Source: Isurus oxyrinchus (Eukaryota). From it: a DNA stretch of 64,000 bases. A program made the position numbers and the translations under genes. Position 1 is the stretch's first letter, and every line of letters begins with the position of its first letter. This document shows, in pieces, positions 1-12,396 of the stretch. The stretch covers positions 105,896,001-105,960,000 of the forward strand of contig JANJGN010000016.1 in NCBI GenBank assembly GCA_026770705.1, written 5' to 3'. The notes under the pieces were generated by a model. That model saw only the letters and a list, made by a program, of their open reading frames with translations, was not told the origin of the DNA and ran no database searches.

Positions 1-265
1 TCAGGGGGTATGGTGAATACACGGCTGGGGCTGGGATTGGAAAAGGGGATGGGGACAGAGGGACAGGCAGGAGTGGAGCGTCCTGGATGGGTGTTGGTGT
101 CGATGAGTTGTTGGAGCTTGCATTCCTTTGCACCTGAAAGAAAGAGACAAAGTTTCTTGTTGAGGCTTTGGATGAGACAAAGAATAAAATTAAACTGGGG
201 ACACGCGCAGCTGGAGAGAGAGGTTGAGTGTGTTCATATGGCAGCGCATGGCACTGAGTGTGGTT
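1..265 (-). mobile_element. Inverted upstream segment of a Penelope-like retroelement ORF (runs off the left edge)
   Basis: The reverse complement reads ...TLSAMRCHMNTLNLSLQ... and ends ...PSRVFTIPP, resembling the N-terminal region of vertebrate Penelope-like ORFs. It abuts the plus-strand part of the element at about 270. Confidence 0.6.
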
Positions 266-269
266 CTCA

Positions 270-2808
270 GGATTACTCCCTCATTTCAATGAATTTCAGG
301 CTCGGCACGATGCTGAACTCTTCTTCCTCCGCCTTCGTCTCCATGCTCACTTCTTTGGGCAGTAGTCCTCTCCCCATTCAACGGATCCTGTTACCCACCT
401 CCAATATTCTCCCTCCACCTGGACCCCTCCATCTGGATTCTTACCTTCTCTTGATCTTTTCATTGAGAACTGTCGGCGTGACATCAGTTGTCTCAATTTC
501 TCTGCTCCTCTCACCCACTCTAACCTGTCTCTCTCTGAACTTGCTGCGCTCAGTTCTCTCAGGTCCAACCCTGACATTGTCATCACACCTGCTGACAAGG
601 GTGGTGCTGTTGTTTGTCTGACGCACTGACCTCTACCTCGCAGAGGCTGAGCGTCAACTCACAGACACTTCCTCCTACCTCTCCCTGGACCATGACCCCA
701 CCACTGAACATCAAGCCATTGTTTCCAGGACTGTTACTGACCTCATCTCCTCTGGAAATCTTCCTTCCACAGCTTCCAACCTCATAGTCTCCCAAACTTG
801 GATGGCCCGCCTCTACCTCCTACCCAAAATCCACAAACAGGACTGCACCAGCAGACCGATCATGTCAGCCTGTTCCTACCCCACGGAACTCATTTCTTGC
901 TATCTTGACTCCATTCTCTCTCCCCTTGTCCAGTCCCTTCCCACCTACATCCATGATTCCTCTGACACCCCACATCATATCAGCAATTTCCAGTTCCTTG
1001 GCCCCAACTGCTTCCTCTTCACCATGGACGTCCAATCCCTCTACACCTCCATCCCCCACCAGGATGGTCTGAGGGCTCTCTGCTTCTTCCTCGAACAGAG
1101 TCCCGAACAATCCCCATCCACCACTACTCTCCTCCGTCTGGCTGAACTTGTTCTCTCACTGAACAATTTCACCTTAAACTCCTCTCACTTCCTCCAAATA
1201 AAAGGTGTGGCTATGGGTACCCGCATGGGTCTCAGTTATGCTTGTCTCTTTATGGGGTATGTGGAACATTCCTTGTTCCAGTCCTACTCCAGTCCCCTTC
1301 CACAACCCTTTCTCCGGTACATCGATGATTACTTTGGTGCTGCTTCATGCTCTCGCCTGGACCTAGAAAAATTTATTAATTTTGCTTCCAATTTCCCCCC
1401 CTCCATCATTTCACGTGGTCCATCTCTGACACTTCCCTTCCCTTCCTTGACCTCACTGTCTCAATTTCTGGTGATAGACTGTCCACTTATATTCATTACA
1501 AGCCTATCAACTCCCACAGTTAGCTTGACTACAGCTCCTCACACCCTGCTTCCTGTAAAGACTCCATCCCATTCGCCCAGTTCCTTCGCCTCCGTCGCAT
1601 CTGTTCTGATGATGCTACTTTCAAAAACAGTTCCTCTGACATGTCTTCCTTCTTCCTTAACCGAGGTTTTCCACCCACGGTGGTTGACAGGGCCCTCGAC
1701 CGTGTTCGGCCCATCTCCCGTGCATCCGCCCTCACGCCTTCTCCTCCCTCTCAGAACCATGTTAGGGTCCCCCTTGTCCTCACTTATCACCCCACCAGCC
1801 TCCGCACTCAAAGGATCATCCTCTGCCATTTCCGCCAACTCCAGCATGATACCACCACCAAACACATCTTCCCTTCACCCCCCGGCAGCATTCCACAGGG
1901 ATTGTTCCCTCCAGGACACCCTGGTCCACTCCTCCATCACCCCCTACTCCTCAACCCCCTCCTATGGCACCACCCCATGCCCACGCAAAAGATGTAACAC
2001 CTGCCCCTTCACTTCCTCTCTCCTCACCATCCAAGGGCCCAAACATTCCTTTCAAGTGAAGCAGCATTTTACTTGCACTTCCCTCAATTTAGTCTACTGC
2101 ATTCGCTGTTCCCAATGCAATTTCCGCTACATTGGAGAGACTAAACACAGAATACCTTTGGTCTGTCCGCAAGCATGACCCAGACCTCCCTGTTGATTGC
2201 CATATCAACACTCCACCCTGCTCTCATGCCCACATGTCCATCCTTGGCCTGCTGCATTGTTCCAGTGAAGCTCAACGCAAACTGGAGGAACAGCACCTCA
2301 TCTTCCGATTAGGCACTTTACAACCTTCCAGACTCAACAATTTTAGATCATGAACTCTCTCCTCCATCCCCACCCTCTTTCTAATCCCCATTTTTTCCAA
2401 TAATCTATATCGATTTTTCTTTTCCCACCTATTTATCTCTACCTTTTAGCCTATTTCAATCCCTTTCTCCCACCCCACCCCCACTAGGACTATCTGTACC
2501 TTGCTTTCTACCCTTAATGTTACCTTTTAGCACATTTCTTAACTAATATCACCACCGTCAACACCTCTTTGTCCTTTTGTCTATGACATCTTTTGGCTAT
2601 CTCCACCTATCACTGGCCCTCTATCCAGCTCTACCTGGCCACCACCCCCCCCCCCCCACCCCCCACTTAAACCAGCTTATATTTCACCTCTTTTCTATGT
2701 TTCCTTAGTTCTGTTGAAGAGTCAAACAGACTCAAAATGTTAACTGTATTCCTCTCTGCAGATGCTGTCAGACCTGCTGAGTTTTTCCAAGTATTTCTAT
2801 TTTTGTTC
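270..2808 (+). mobile_element. Penelope-like element (PLE), decayed: RT plus GIY-YIG endonuclease and 3' end
   Basis: RT motifs LYLLPKIHK, FTMDVQSLYTSI, KGVAMGT and LRYIDD in ORF 802-2178. GIY-YIG region NLVYCIRCSQC..YIGETK. C-terminal RKLEEQHLIFRLGTLQP in ORF 2132-2353. Several frameshifts, then a pyrimidine-rich 3' region ending in the pLTR-type motif. Confidence 0.93.
2707..2745 (+). ncRNA. Degenerate minimal type-I hammerhead ribozyme motif in the PLE 3' end
   Basis: Reads agtt-CTGTTGA-A-GAGTC aaaca GACTC-AAAA-T-GTT-aact: stem I (agtt/aact), a CUGAnGA-like box, stem II hairpin, a GAAA-like box and an NUH site. The core carries substitutions. Confidence 0.7.
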
Positions 2809-2859
2809 AGGTAAAGTAACTTGCTTTGTTTTGTTCTATTTTATTCACTCCCTGGGACA

Positions 2860-3105
2860 ACTGAGCAATTTGTTAGGATACTTAAGAGGGCTGTTCAGGA
2901 TCAACCACTATCAAGCCAGATCAGGCCAAGACAACAGTTCAATAGGAGAACACCAGTGAAGCAGTTGTGTTTTTATGACCATATTTATGATCAAAATATA
3001 CTGATAACCAGCTTTTTAAAATTGAAGTCGACTTTTCAAACTGGATTATTAGCCCAGGCCTCAGGATTACTAATTCAGTGGCTTAATCACTATACTGCCA
3101 TACCA
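2860..3105 (-). mobile_element. tRNA-headed SINE remnant (same family as 26830-27230 and 28880-29100)
   Basis: Shares the head ...ggcctcaggattactaattcag...cactatactgcc and body motifs (gagggc..tt..g..tcaaccac, cagtgaa.cag) with the other copies. Confidence 0.6.
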
Positions 3106-3129
3106 TCTCACATAGAAGTTGTCATGTCC

Positions 3130-3360
3130 TTTGGATAGCTCAAATCACAGTGAACTGCTTTGACTGAAGTATGGTCACTATTGTTGTGTACAGTAGTTGA
3201 GATGAATGACCATTTAACTCAGCTTTTTTTAAATTGGTTTTGGTTGAGGGATGAATGTTTGCCTGGAGAGTGAGAGAGCTCCTTGCTTTTCTTTTAACAG
3301 TATCCTTGAATCCTATGCCTGCCTGAGCAGGAAAATGGATCTAAGTTTAAAGTCTCGTCC
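3130..3360 (-). mobile_element. Deu-domain SINE fragment
   Basis: Reverse-complement similarity to the plus-strand copies at 4262 and 45105 (gatgaatgacca..., ggttgagggatgaatgtt...). Confidence 0.55.
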
Positions 3361-4261
3361 AATTGTATTATTTTTTGCAGCTAGACTGGGTTTGAAAATA
3401 ACGGGGTTGGATGGGAACAGAATGGTGTTGGAAGGGTGGTGTTGGAGATGGAATGGTGGGCACAGTTTCTGAGCGATCAAAGAGCTTGCCTTTGACTATG
3501 TGGCAAACCTTGGAATGCCAAAATTAGCCTGTGATTTCTTTGCACTATTTGATCTCAAGCTCCTGAAGTAAAATATTAACTTAGAATAACATGTCTGTTT
3601 GAAATCACTCATCTGCAATCTTGTAATGAATTTCTCCATTTATATCTGAGAACTGTTCAGAATAGATTTTAGTCTTGACTTGTTTCTTTTCATGTCTTAT
3701 GCATGTTGCAGTGAATTATATACTTCAGTACTTTTTTGAGTTTACATACTGAGCAGATGTTCAGTCTGATGCAAGATACTGCTATTGAGCTGAGTGCAGT
3801 ATGGCCTAGAAATAAACATCAACCTTTCTTGCTTCTTGTGTAGATTTAATGTAATAGCAACAACTGGATTATAATGCTATATTCTTAGATGTGCTGATTC
3901 CTTCACTGGGCATGGTTCCATGGGCAGAATTGTCCTCTAGTAGCCATTATTAGTGGATGGTGAGTATTATCTGATTTTGACAAATTGTCTCATGAGCCTA
4001 ATCCCGCCCTAGCCTAATTACAAGAGGTGTGCCCTTGCAGCAAATGTTATCAATCGGTGGAAGAGCCCCTGAGTTCTTTTCCTCGCTTCTCCAATAGCAG
4101 TCGAGATCCTGGGCGACTTTTCCTCCTTCCCATCTCCTTTCCTTAACACGAGTGTGCAGCGATTAAACTCTGCTTTGACTGGTGATGAAAAGCGTGAACT
4201 GCATTTGTTCATACAACTGAAAACAGTTGACTTCTGAGCTGTGGCAGAGTGGGTAGGTCAG

Positions 4262-4622
4262 TAGGTTATACATTCAGGTCCCACTCTAAAGGCTTCAACA
4301 CAAGATCGAGGCTGGCACTTGAATGCGGCACTGCCCTTGGAGGTGTCGGAGGTGCCGTCCTTTGGATGAAATTTTGAACCAAGTCCCAATCTGCCCCACA
4401 GATGGATGTAAAAAGATCCCACGGTACTATTTCAAAGAAGAGAATGGGAGTCCTGGCCACTATTTATCCCTTGCCCACTTTTTTAATAAAGATTATTATA
4501 GCATTTTAACAGGTCATTATCACATTGCTGTGCACTGCAGCAGTGACCATATGCATCACTGGCTGTAAAGTGCTTTGGGATTTCCTGAGCTTGCGAAAGG
4601 CACTTATGTAAATGCAAGTCTG
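4262..4622 (+). mobile_element. Deu-domain SINE (SacSINE1/AmnSINE-like) with L2-type tail
   Basis: Conserved core ggaggtgccgtcctttggatga...ggatgtaaaaagatccc..g..actattt.aagaagag..ggagt..cctggcca..tattta, and tail ggctgtaaagtgctttggg...gaaaggc...taaatgcaagt. Confidence 0.75.
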
Positions 4623-6254
4623 TCTCGTTCTGAGTCAACAGGATAGCAAAAATTACAGCATCTAAAGTATTTTTTTTCTTCTATAGAGTTAATCATCCTT
4701 ATTTTGAATTAAACTGAACAGTCTGTCACTTTTACATATGATCAATCTCTGCACCTCCCAGTCCTCCCCATTGTATTTTGATAACATTTTTTTTTCTCTT
4801 TCCAAAACAGTACTCGTTAAAATGTTGCAGCAGTCAGCTCTATATTCACTCCCTACAATAGAGAACAAGCAGTGAAGCTCTGCCAAGAACAACACAGACA
4901 GTGGGGAATTTTGTTTTTTGAAACACCAGTAAGTCACACAGCATTGTCTCTCACTCTTCATGGGCCATCCCAGAACTGAAAGCAGATTTAAGCACAGAAG
5001 TAAAAACAAATGCAATTGGAGAACAGCTTCTTAGCCAGCTCTATGCCTTCACTAATTATCCACGTGATAACTGAGTCAGTTTTATTCCATAGTAAAACTG
5101 GAGTAAATCAAATAAAATAATGTAGGACTGTGACTGAAAAAAAATTAAGTGCAACTCCTATGATTTGTTGGATGAGTTCCTTTTCTACGTCCATTCTCCC
5201 CATAGTTCCAGTTTCTTGTTGCAGCAGGTATTTTCTGCTTTGAGCAGTGATTATCTCATCCAAAAGAGGTGTGGGATGGATAGAGTGCTTGGGTGCTGTA
5301 GTGTCTTGGGAATCTGTGACTGCTTTTCTTTTTCATAAGGTTCTTTCTGCACACGTTACCAAAATCTGGTCTTTCATTTAACTAAGTCACAAAGTCTAAT
5401 AGCAAATTGTTTGCAAGTAGGTTTGAGACCCCTTGTCTAGCAGTGAAAAATGTATTTTTTTTTATTTTAAATTGTACCCTTTATGTCCTTGCCTGCTATC
5501 TCAGTCCGGCTTTTAGATCGTTTAGTCAAGGGCATGATGTTGTTTTGTATTTAAGACCTTTGTTTGCCAAGTTTCCTCTGCTATCCAGGAAAGTAGTGCA
5601 GTGTTGGCCCAGGGCCAAGAAAGCGCTTTCAATCATTTCCTCAGTCTCATTCAAATGGAGGTTATTTGGATAAAGCTAGAGGGGAGAAGGGATGGGAGAG
5701 AAAAAAAACGAGACAGAGCTGGGTTCAGCAGCAGGGCAGTGGGGCCTGAAGAGAGGTTTGACTTGATGGGTGAAGGGAAGGAGGGGGAGTCACTGAAAGG
5801 ATATGAACTGCAAGGCTCTCAAACTTTGAAGACTGTTTTATGTCGGCAACAGCACATTAATGTCGATATTGTTTGCCCACCGCAGCCGGTTTGGTGGGAG
5901 TGATTTCAGTAGAGAAGATTTAACACCAAATCAGACATGATAATCAAACCTATTAGGAATCAGTTTATATATTAGAAGCAAAGAGCTTTTTTGTTCTGCC
6001 TGAAGATCAATCTTTAATCTATGACCTTATCTATTAAGCAACCTCATTGCTGCAGGTCTTCAGATGCTCATATAGATAGGGTACAATAATTTCCAAATAT
6101 CTTCTGCTGATAGAATTTGTTCTTCTTCACTGACTGTCTCGCTTGAGTCCACGAGACACAATGACTGATTGAAATGGAAAAATGTTTCATTGCTGAATTG
6201 GAGCTGAGACACATTAGTGCAAGATAAAGACAGCTTTAGTTTGAAAGCAACACA

Positions 6255-8200
6255 GTGTAGGATCATCCCACATTCGCACTAAGGCATGAAAAAGAATATT
6301 TTACCCGCCAGCCGCAATGGCGGCTTTTTGCACCTTATCGTTCCAAGCCCGCTTCATTAATCATGTATTCCCGGGATTCGATGGCTTTCATTTGCCCACC
6401 ACACCGTCACCTCACTCCTTCCTCACACTGGGCGCCATATTTAAAGTCCAGTCGGGCACACACCTGTGCTTCCAGCCCAGGACTGCTGCACAGGGGGCAT
6501 GGCCCTGAAAGGCAAGGAAACTGCAGCCCGCACCCCCTTCCCCCCGCCCCCCCCGCCCCACCCCCACCCTGTTTAGTGTTGCATCCCCCGAGTGACTTTT
6601 GGCCCACCACGATGTCCTCTACCCAGCTCAGGGCGAAGACCAGCAAGCAAGGTCACCAACCCAGCATGGGAGGTGGTGGCAGTGGTGGTCAGCACCAATG
6701 CCCTGAAAAAGAGGACAGCCACCCAGTGCCATAAGAGGATGATTAATCTCCTCCGTTCCGCCAGAGTAAGTCACCTCATCACTCTCAACTGACACAATCA
6801 CAAAACCATCGCACATCCATAGGGATCTCACACCTCAAGGGACAACACCACTAACTCTCACACACACACCCTCACATCTCCATCAGGCTCATACCATCTC
6901 GAGCTCGTGTCCTCATCTCGTCCATGGCTCCGCTCACCACATGAACATTCCATTCAGTCCCATGTGTCCTGTTCGCACTCTCTCTACCTGTTTTCATGCG
7001 GGGGAAGCTGGCTCACATCAGCAGGGAGAGGTCCCAGACTGGGGGTGGAGTGGCCCACATTAGGCTCCTCACTCACTTTGAGGAGCATGCTGATTGGTGA
7101 GGATGTGGAACCTGCCTGCGGTGACGGTGAGGTCGGCAGTGAGGATCCTGCACCACCTCATTCCTCCTCAACACAACGGTGAGTGCTCTCTCTGCTGCTT
7201 TTGACTCTGCTGCCATGCACTAATTATCTCTACTTTGGTTCACAGGGATCTCTGCCAAGCGAATGACACCCTCAGCTCCAGCCAGTCCCTCAGCTCCAGC
7301 CAACAGGACACCTCCTCCATTGAAGAGCTGGAAATAAGTAGCCTGGAAGACCCATCACAGCGCTTACCCACACCCTGCACCAGCACAGAGACACACACCT
7401 CAGTGGGACACAGATCTAGAGCACGCTCCGGTTCACAATCTACTGGTCGCTGCACGGACACATGTCTGCAGCAGGACGAGGCAAGTTCAGCCAAGTTTCC
7501 CAGCACTCGGAGGACTGCTGGGGAAGAGGCATCTGTGAGGTCTGAGTCAGATGACCAACCTCTGGATTTAGCCTTCCAACTCATCCTGGAGAGTCAGCAG
7601 ACGGCAAGGGAACATCAGGCAGAGCTGTTGGAAGCCCTGTTGGAGTGGCAGCTCGGGTCATCCATTCAAGAATCTCAAAGGCTGTCCTCACCTTCCCAGC
7701 CTAACAGCTCACTCTGCCCCCTCTGATACTCATCACTCCTTCCTACCACACCCACCCTCAGATCGCTCCTCAGGAAGCAGTCATTGACTCCACCAACTCT
7801 CCCCTTGCATGTTCACCTGCACATACCCCCCACCGCCCCCACCCCCCCACCCCCCCACCCTACTCCCTCCTCCACCATTAATCCTTCCTCCACCTTTACT
7901 CCTTCCTGCCCCTGGACTCTTTCCTCCACATTTACTCCCTCCACCCCCAGACTCCTTTCTCCCCATGGACTCCTTCCTCCCTCTGAACCCTTTCCCCTCT
8001 CTGAGCTCCTTCCTTCCCCTGAAGTCCTTCCCCCCTCCAAACTCCTTCCTCCCCCCTCCCCGGGACTCCTTCCCCGCTCCTTGTCCTCTGTCACTGCAGA
8101 GAGAGCAGCTGGCCTACAGGAGGACATCCAAAGCAAGCCCTGGCCCTCAAGGCCCCCAGAGGACACACACCATAGTCATCAGAGGCAAGAGGGCCGACCA
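6255..8200 (+). mobile_element. Harbinger/PIF-type transposon relic carrying a decayed, spliced Myb/SANT (trihelix) gene
   Basis: ATG at 6499. Exon 1 encodes ...SGRRPASKVTNPAWEVVAVVVSTNALKKRTATQCHKRMINL, with donor GTAAGT at 6766. Exon 2 encodes KLAHISRERSQTGGG (the xxTGGG motif), with donor GTGAGT at 7179. Acceptor at 7245. The 5' end is homologous to the reverse complement of 61747-61200. Confidence 0.75.
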
Positions 8201-8759
8201 GTATTATATCATCCCTCATCTCCCTCACTCGCTGCCAGATTAAAATAATGCTTTCAATGAGCAATGTCACATAAGAGGTTTAAGAGGCATCACCACAAGG
8301 GTCCTTGATAATTCAATCAGTGCTACACTGACATATTTGCCTTTATGACTGACATTCTCGTTCTTAATAAAACTGAAGAGATGCCTACTCTGACACCAAT
8401 ACTTCTGGCAGCAGATTGTTTAGATGAGTCAAAAACACCCGTCTTTCATTGTCTGAAACATTTGACCAGTAGGGGGTCAGTTTTAACCAAAGGTGCCCCA
8501 TCGAGCAATTGACGGGATCAGCTGCGGCTCTGGTTTAAAATCGGCCTGATCTTACTCCCAGGGTCAGCGGAGAGCAGTATTGCTTGGCTGGAAGAAAGCC
8601 AACATTCCAACTGATCCTTGGGGGTTCGGTTTGGTTAAAAAAAAGTGACCCCGAGCTCTTTGTGTGGCAGCTTCCTCAGGAGTTTTAATTTCTCCAGTCT
8701 CTGTGAAAACCATTTGCATCTGCAGTGGCATGGTGAGAGGGAAACCGGGCACCCCGACA

Positions 8760-9190
8760 TCCCTCCAGGTGCTGCTTCCCCTCAAGGAGTCAGGCTGGGG
8801 CCTCCGGGCACCCAAAGGGAGGAGGAGCAGCAGCTGCTCACCCTTGGGTCATCCACTCAGGAATCTCAGAGGCTGTCCTGTCCCCCTCCGAGACCCCTTT
8901 GCCTGTGACCCCCTCAACCTCATCCTCTGTCACTGCAGAGGGTGCAGCTGGCCCACAGGAGGACAGGAGAAGCAAGCCAGGGCCCCCAGAGGACCCATGT
9001 CAAAGTCACCAGAAGCAATAGGGCTCACCATTGCACAGGCTGTCCCCACTCCTGCTGAGGATGTCAGGGCAGCACCTAGAAGTCTAAGGCGTAAAAAAGC
9101 TAAGCAATTCTGATCACAGTTGGTTGCACAGGTGACATTTTATCGCTTTGCCATCTGAAAATACATTCATTTCCACTGAATAAAGTGTAA
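8760..9190 (+). mobile_element. Second copy of the 3' part of the Harbinger Myb-like gene
   Basis: 8845-8890 matches 7652-7700 and 8923-9030 matches 8082-8200. Ends in a basic tail (APRSLRRKKAKQF*) followed by AATAAA at about 9179. Confidence 0.6.
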
Positions 9191-10189
9191 TGGTGTGTTT
9201 CAGCTTCATTTACAGGCATTTCGCCCACACCCCCCTTCCCCCACTCCCTCTCCCCGTGACTAGCAGCTGAGCTGCACACAGCGGCCTGCAAGTGGCTCTG
9301 GAGGGAGAATTGCGTGTGTGCGGCAGGGTCTTTTGGAGCCTCTTGCAAACAATCTCATGGAAACACGGATCCTTCCCTCATCACACTCATCTCAACCCCC
9401 GAGCATTTTCACTGCTGCCTGCTGGGATTCTCTTTCAGTTGTCCATCTGAGCTGATCTGCATCTCCACCCACCCACTGATCGCACTCCCATGCTGCACCT
9501 GATCTCTCCCAACACAAGTCTCATCTCACTTTCGGTTTAAAAGCATGGTAGTGGTACAGTTTTATTTGAGGTCCCTCGTTCTTTCCTCATCATCCAGTTC
9601 CTTTCCCTTATCACTGTCGATCCCCCCTGGCATCACCTTCCACCTTCTTTCCGTCACCTACCAGCCACAATCCTTTTCCTTCGGGGATGTCCAGGTGAAC
9701 GTGCACATTCCCTTCTTTCCCAAAAATCCCACCCCCATCCACATTGACCTCCCCGACCTCCTCCTTCCCACACCCAGGGTCCGTGCCTGAGTTCCAACCA
9801 ACCGTCCTTGTCACCCCTTCTACCAATACCGTCGCACCCTCACCCTCCCACCCTACCAGCTCACTCTGCCCTCGGTCATTCTCATGTCCTATCACACCCA
9901 CCCTAATTTTGTTCCCCAGGAGGCAATCATTGACTCCACAGACCCCTCCCTTGCATATTCTCCTGGACATCCCCACCCTCCAGACTTCTTCACCACCCTC
10001 CCCAAAGTCCTTCCCCCCTTCCTGACACATTCCTCCACCCTTACTTCTTCCTCCACCCTTGTTCTTACCCCTCGCCGGATTCCTTCCTTCAGCCTTAGTC
10101 CTTCCTCCGACCTCACTCCTTTCCCCTTCCTGATTCATTCCTCCAGCCTTAATCCTTCCACTCTCCAGACTCCTTCCTCCCCCCGGACT

Positions 10190-10310
10190 CATTCCCCCAA
10201 CCCCTGGACTCTTTCCTCCCCCTGGACTCCTTCCTCTCTCTGGACTCCTTCCCCTCTCTGGACTCCTTCCCCTCTCTGGACTCCTTCCCCTCTCTGGGCT
10301 CCTTCCCTCC
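10190..10310 (+). repeat. 18-bp minisatellite (CTGGACTCCTTCCCCTCT)n within a polypyrimidine tract (about 9850-10560)
   Basis: Several near-perfect tandem units. They read as WTPSPL repeats on plus and GRSPER repeats on minus. Confidence 0.9.
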
Positions 10311-11789
10311 TCCGAACTTCCCTTACACCTTCCTCCTACCTTAAACCTACCTCCACAGCTGCCGTATTCTCCCCTGTTATCCTCTCCTACCCCTCCAACC
10401 TCCCGTAATCCCTCCCTCCGCAAACCTCACTCCCTCCCCGACACCTCTTCCTCTCCCAGTTGAACCTAGACCTTCCTCTCCCAACCCTGCCCCCCCCACC
10501 CCACCACCACACACCCCCACCACCCCCCCAACCCTGGCACATCTTCCCCTCCAAAACACAGCTGGACCTTCATCTCCACCCCAAATGGAAAAAGGAGCAA
10601 GTAACAACTTCTGGTAACAGATGTTGAAACAAAGTGATAATTCTCACTGTGTCACTTCTAGTTTCATAACTGTGCTAAAAGCTGATTGTTTTATCACTTA
10701 TCAATGCTGTCTCTGTCTCTCAATTATTGTCAGAAGATCTGTCGGATTTTATATAGCTGAATAAGATTGAACAGAAATATGTGTAGATTGCGTTAAATAA
10801 GACTGAAATCTGAACACTAAATGTTGTGGGCATAAATTGATTGCACTGATACATTGGATCATTGCCTGTAGCAAGTCTGGTGAATTAATCAGTCTGCATT
10901 AGTCCTCCCCTATCTATGTCCTGAATAAATGACTGCAGTATTTCTACAGAAAGAAATAAGACCCTGCAGCTTGAGTGTTTGCTGAGTTTATGAAAGGATT
11001 AAGATTAGACTTGGCAAGAGCCCAAGTTAAAGCTACTATCTGCAGCAGTAGACAGTTGGGCTGCAGTTTTTTTTTAAAAAAGCTTTAAGATTTATCTGTC
11101 CTTGCCATGTTGATCAAATTGCATTTTCTTGTGTTTTATAACATTTATAATGGAGTCTTAAACTGACATGCCCAGTAAAAGTTGTGAACTGTTAGCTATT
11201 TTTTAATTTTATTATATTAGTCATTAAAGGCATCTTGAAGGTCAGATTTCTATCCGTAGCTTTCAGGTGACTTTATATGTCCTTTTAAGGTGGAAGATGT
11301 TTTTGCTGAAAAGTGAAGCCTGAATCTGCTCTGGGTAGTTCGTGTTAGATCATTGTTAGATCAGTTTGAACATGCAGAGAAATTACTTTAACCTCAATCT
11401 CAAAAGAGCACCCACTACTGCACCACTGAGCCCTTCACTGGGAGAGATATATTTTTTTAAAATCCTTGTTCACAAGTAAACATTGTACAGAAGATGAAGC
11501 TTGAGCTTCAGATGAGATTTCAATGACCTAAATATCCTTGGTGGCCATTTTCATGCACATTTTGGCTGCAGTCTATTATTCATATCTCCCTTTTCCTTAT
11601 GCTTCTCTATGACCCTCTTGAGCCACCTATTGAACCCTTCTGTCCTCACCAGTTTGTTCCCTATTTATGCTTCCTTTCCTTTCTCCAGCCCCCAAATCCC
11701 CTACCCCAAACCTTCACTATGCCTCTACTTTCCAACTCGCCTGCTGCCAAAGCTTGTTTCCCCCCCTCTCTCTCTCAACATTCTGTCTC

Positions 11790-11910
11790 CAGTTATTTAT
11801 TATAGCACTTTTAAACTCACACCTATCAACTGAATGACTCCTCATTCTCTGTGATTTCAACTTCCATCACAGCCCCACTGTCAGCTCCACACCCTCACTG
11901 ACGTTCTATT
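11790..11910 (+). mobile_element. L2-type LINE AP-endonuclease fragment
   Basis: ctcctcattctctgtgatttcaacttccat translates to LLILCDFNFH, a degenerate GDFN motif. Confidence 0.55.
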
Positions 11911-12396
11911 TAATAAACAAAAAACACTACAAGGTTATCATGGATACAAAGCCTCTAACTCTGCAGCACAAATCACGTCCATTTGCTGGGGCCTCTTGGC
12001 TGAAGAACATTATAATATTTACACTTGGGGAATTTGCTGTGTTAGAGCTGTAAACTGACAATAAGTGTATGGTATAAATAAAACATAACAATAGCTCCAG
12101 AAATCAAGGGGGCCTCCACAGTGTTGTGATAGGCTGCAAACACTGGTTCGTTTGTTTTACTTGCATAAACAAAGAGAAACAGGATGCAATAAAGGGTTTT
12201 TATTTTAAATATCTTCCTGTAATCATGTCTTGTAATTAACATTTTTTGAATCTGAGTCTTGAAGAGGTCATTTTACTGTCAAACTCATGCACTACGATGT
12301 TCCTCTTTGAGGTGGTGCAGGCAGTTTTCACCAGTGCCAATGTCATTGTCAATGATGTTGTTTTTACAAACAAGTCCATCGAGCAGTGATTGCATG

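Noticed and set aside
4182-4237. C/D box snoRNA-like pair (GTGATGA ... CTGA)
   Set aside because: Only 56 nt, no terminal stem, and no recognisable rRNA/snRNA guide.
7781-8248. Proline-rich ORFs in several frames
   Set aside because: Low-complexity C-rich tract that is open in most frames.
10190-10310. CRISPR-like repeat array
   Set aside because: Contiguous tandem units with no unique spacers, no cas genes, and a eukaryotic context.
9611-10423. 270-aa Gly/Arg/Glu-rich ORF with GRSPER repeats (and overlapping Pro/Ser-rich ORFs)
   Set aside because: It lies on a T-poor purine strand over a minisatellite, so stops are absent by composition. No domain is recognisable, and the WLVGDG resemblance to Harbinger transposase is too short to use.
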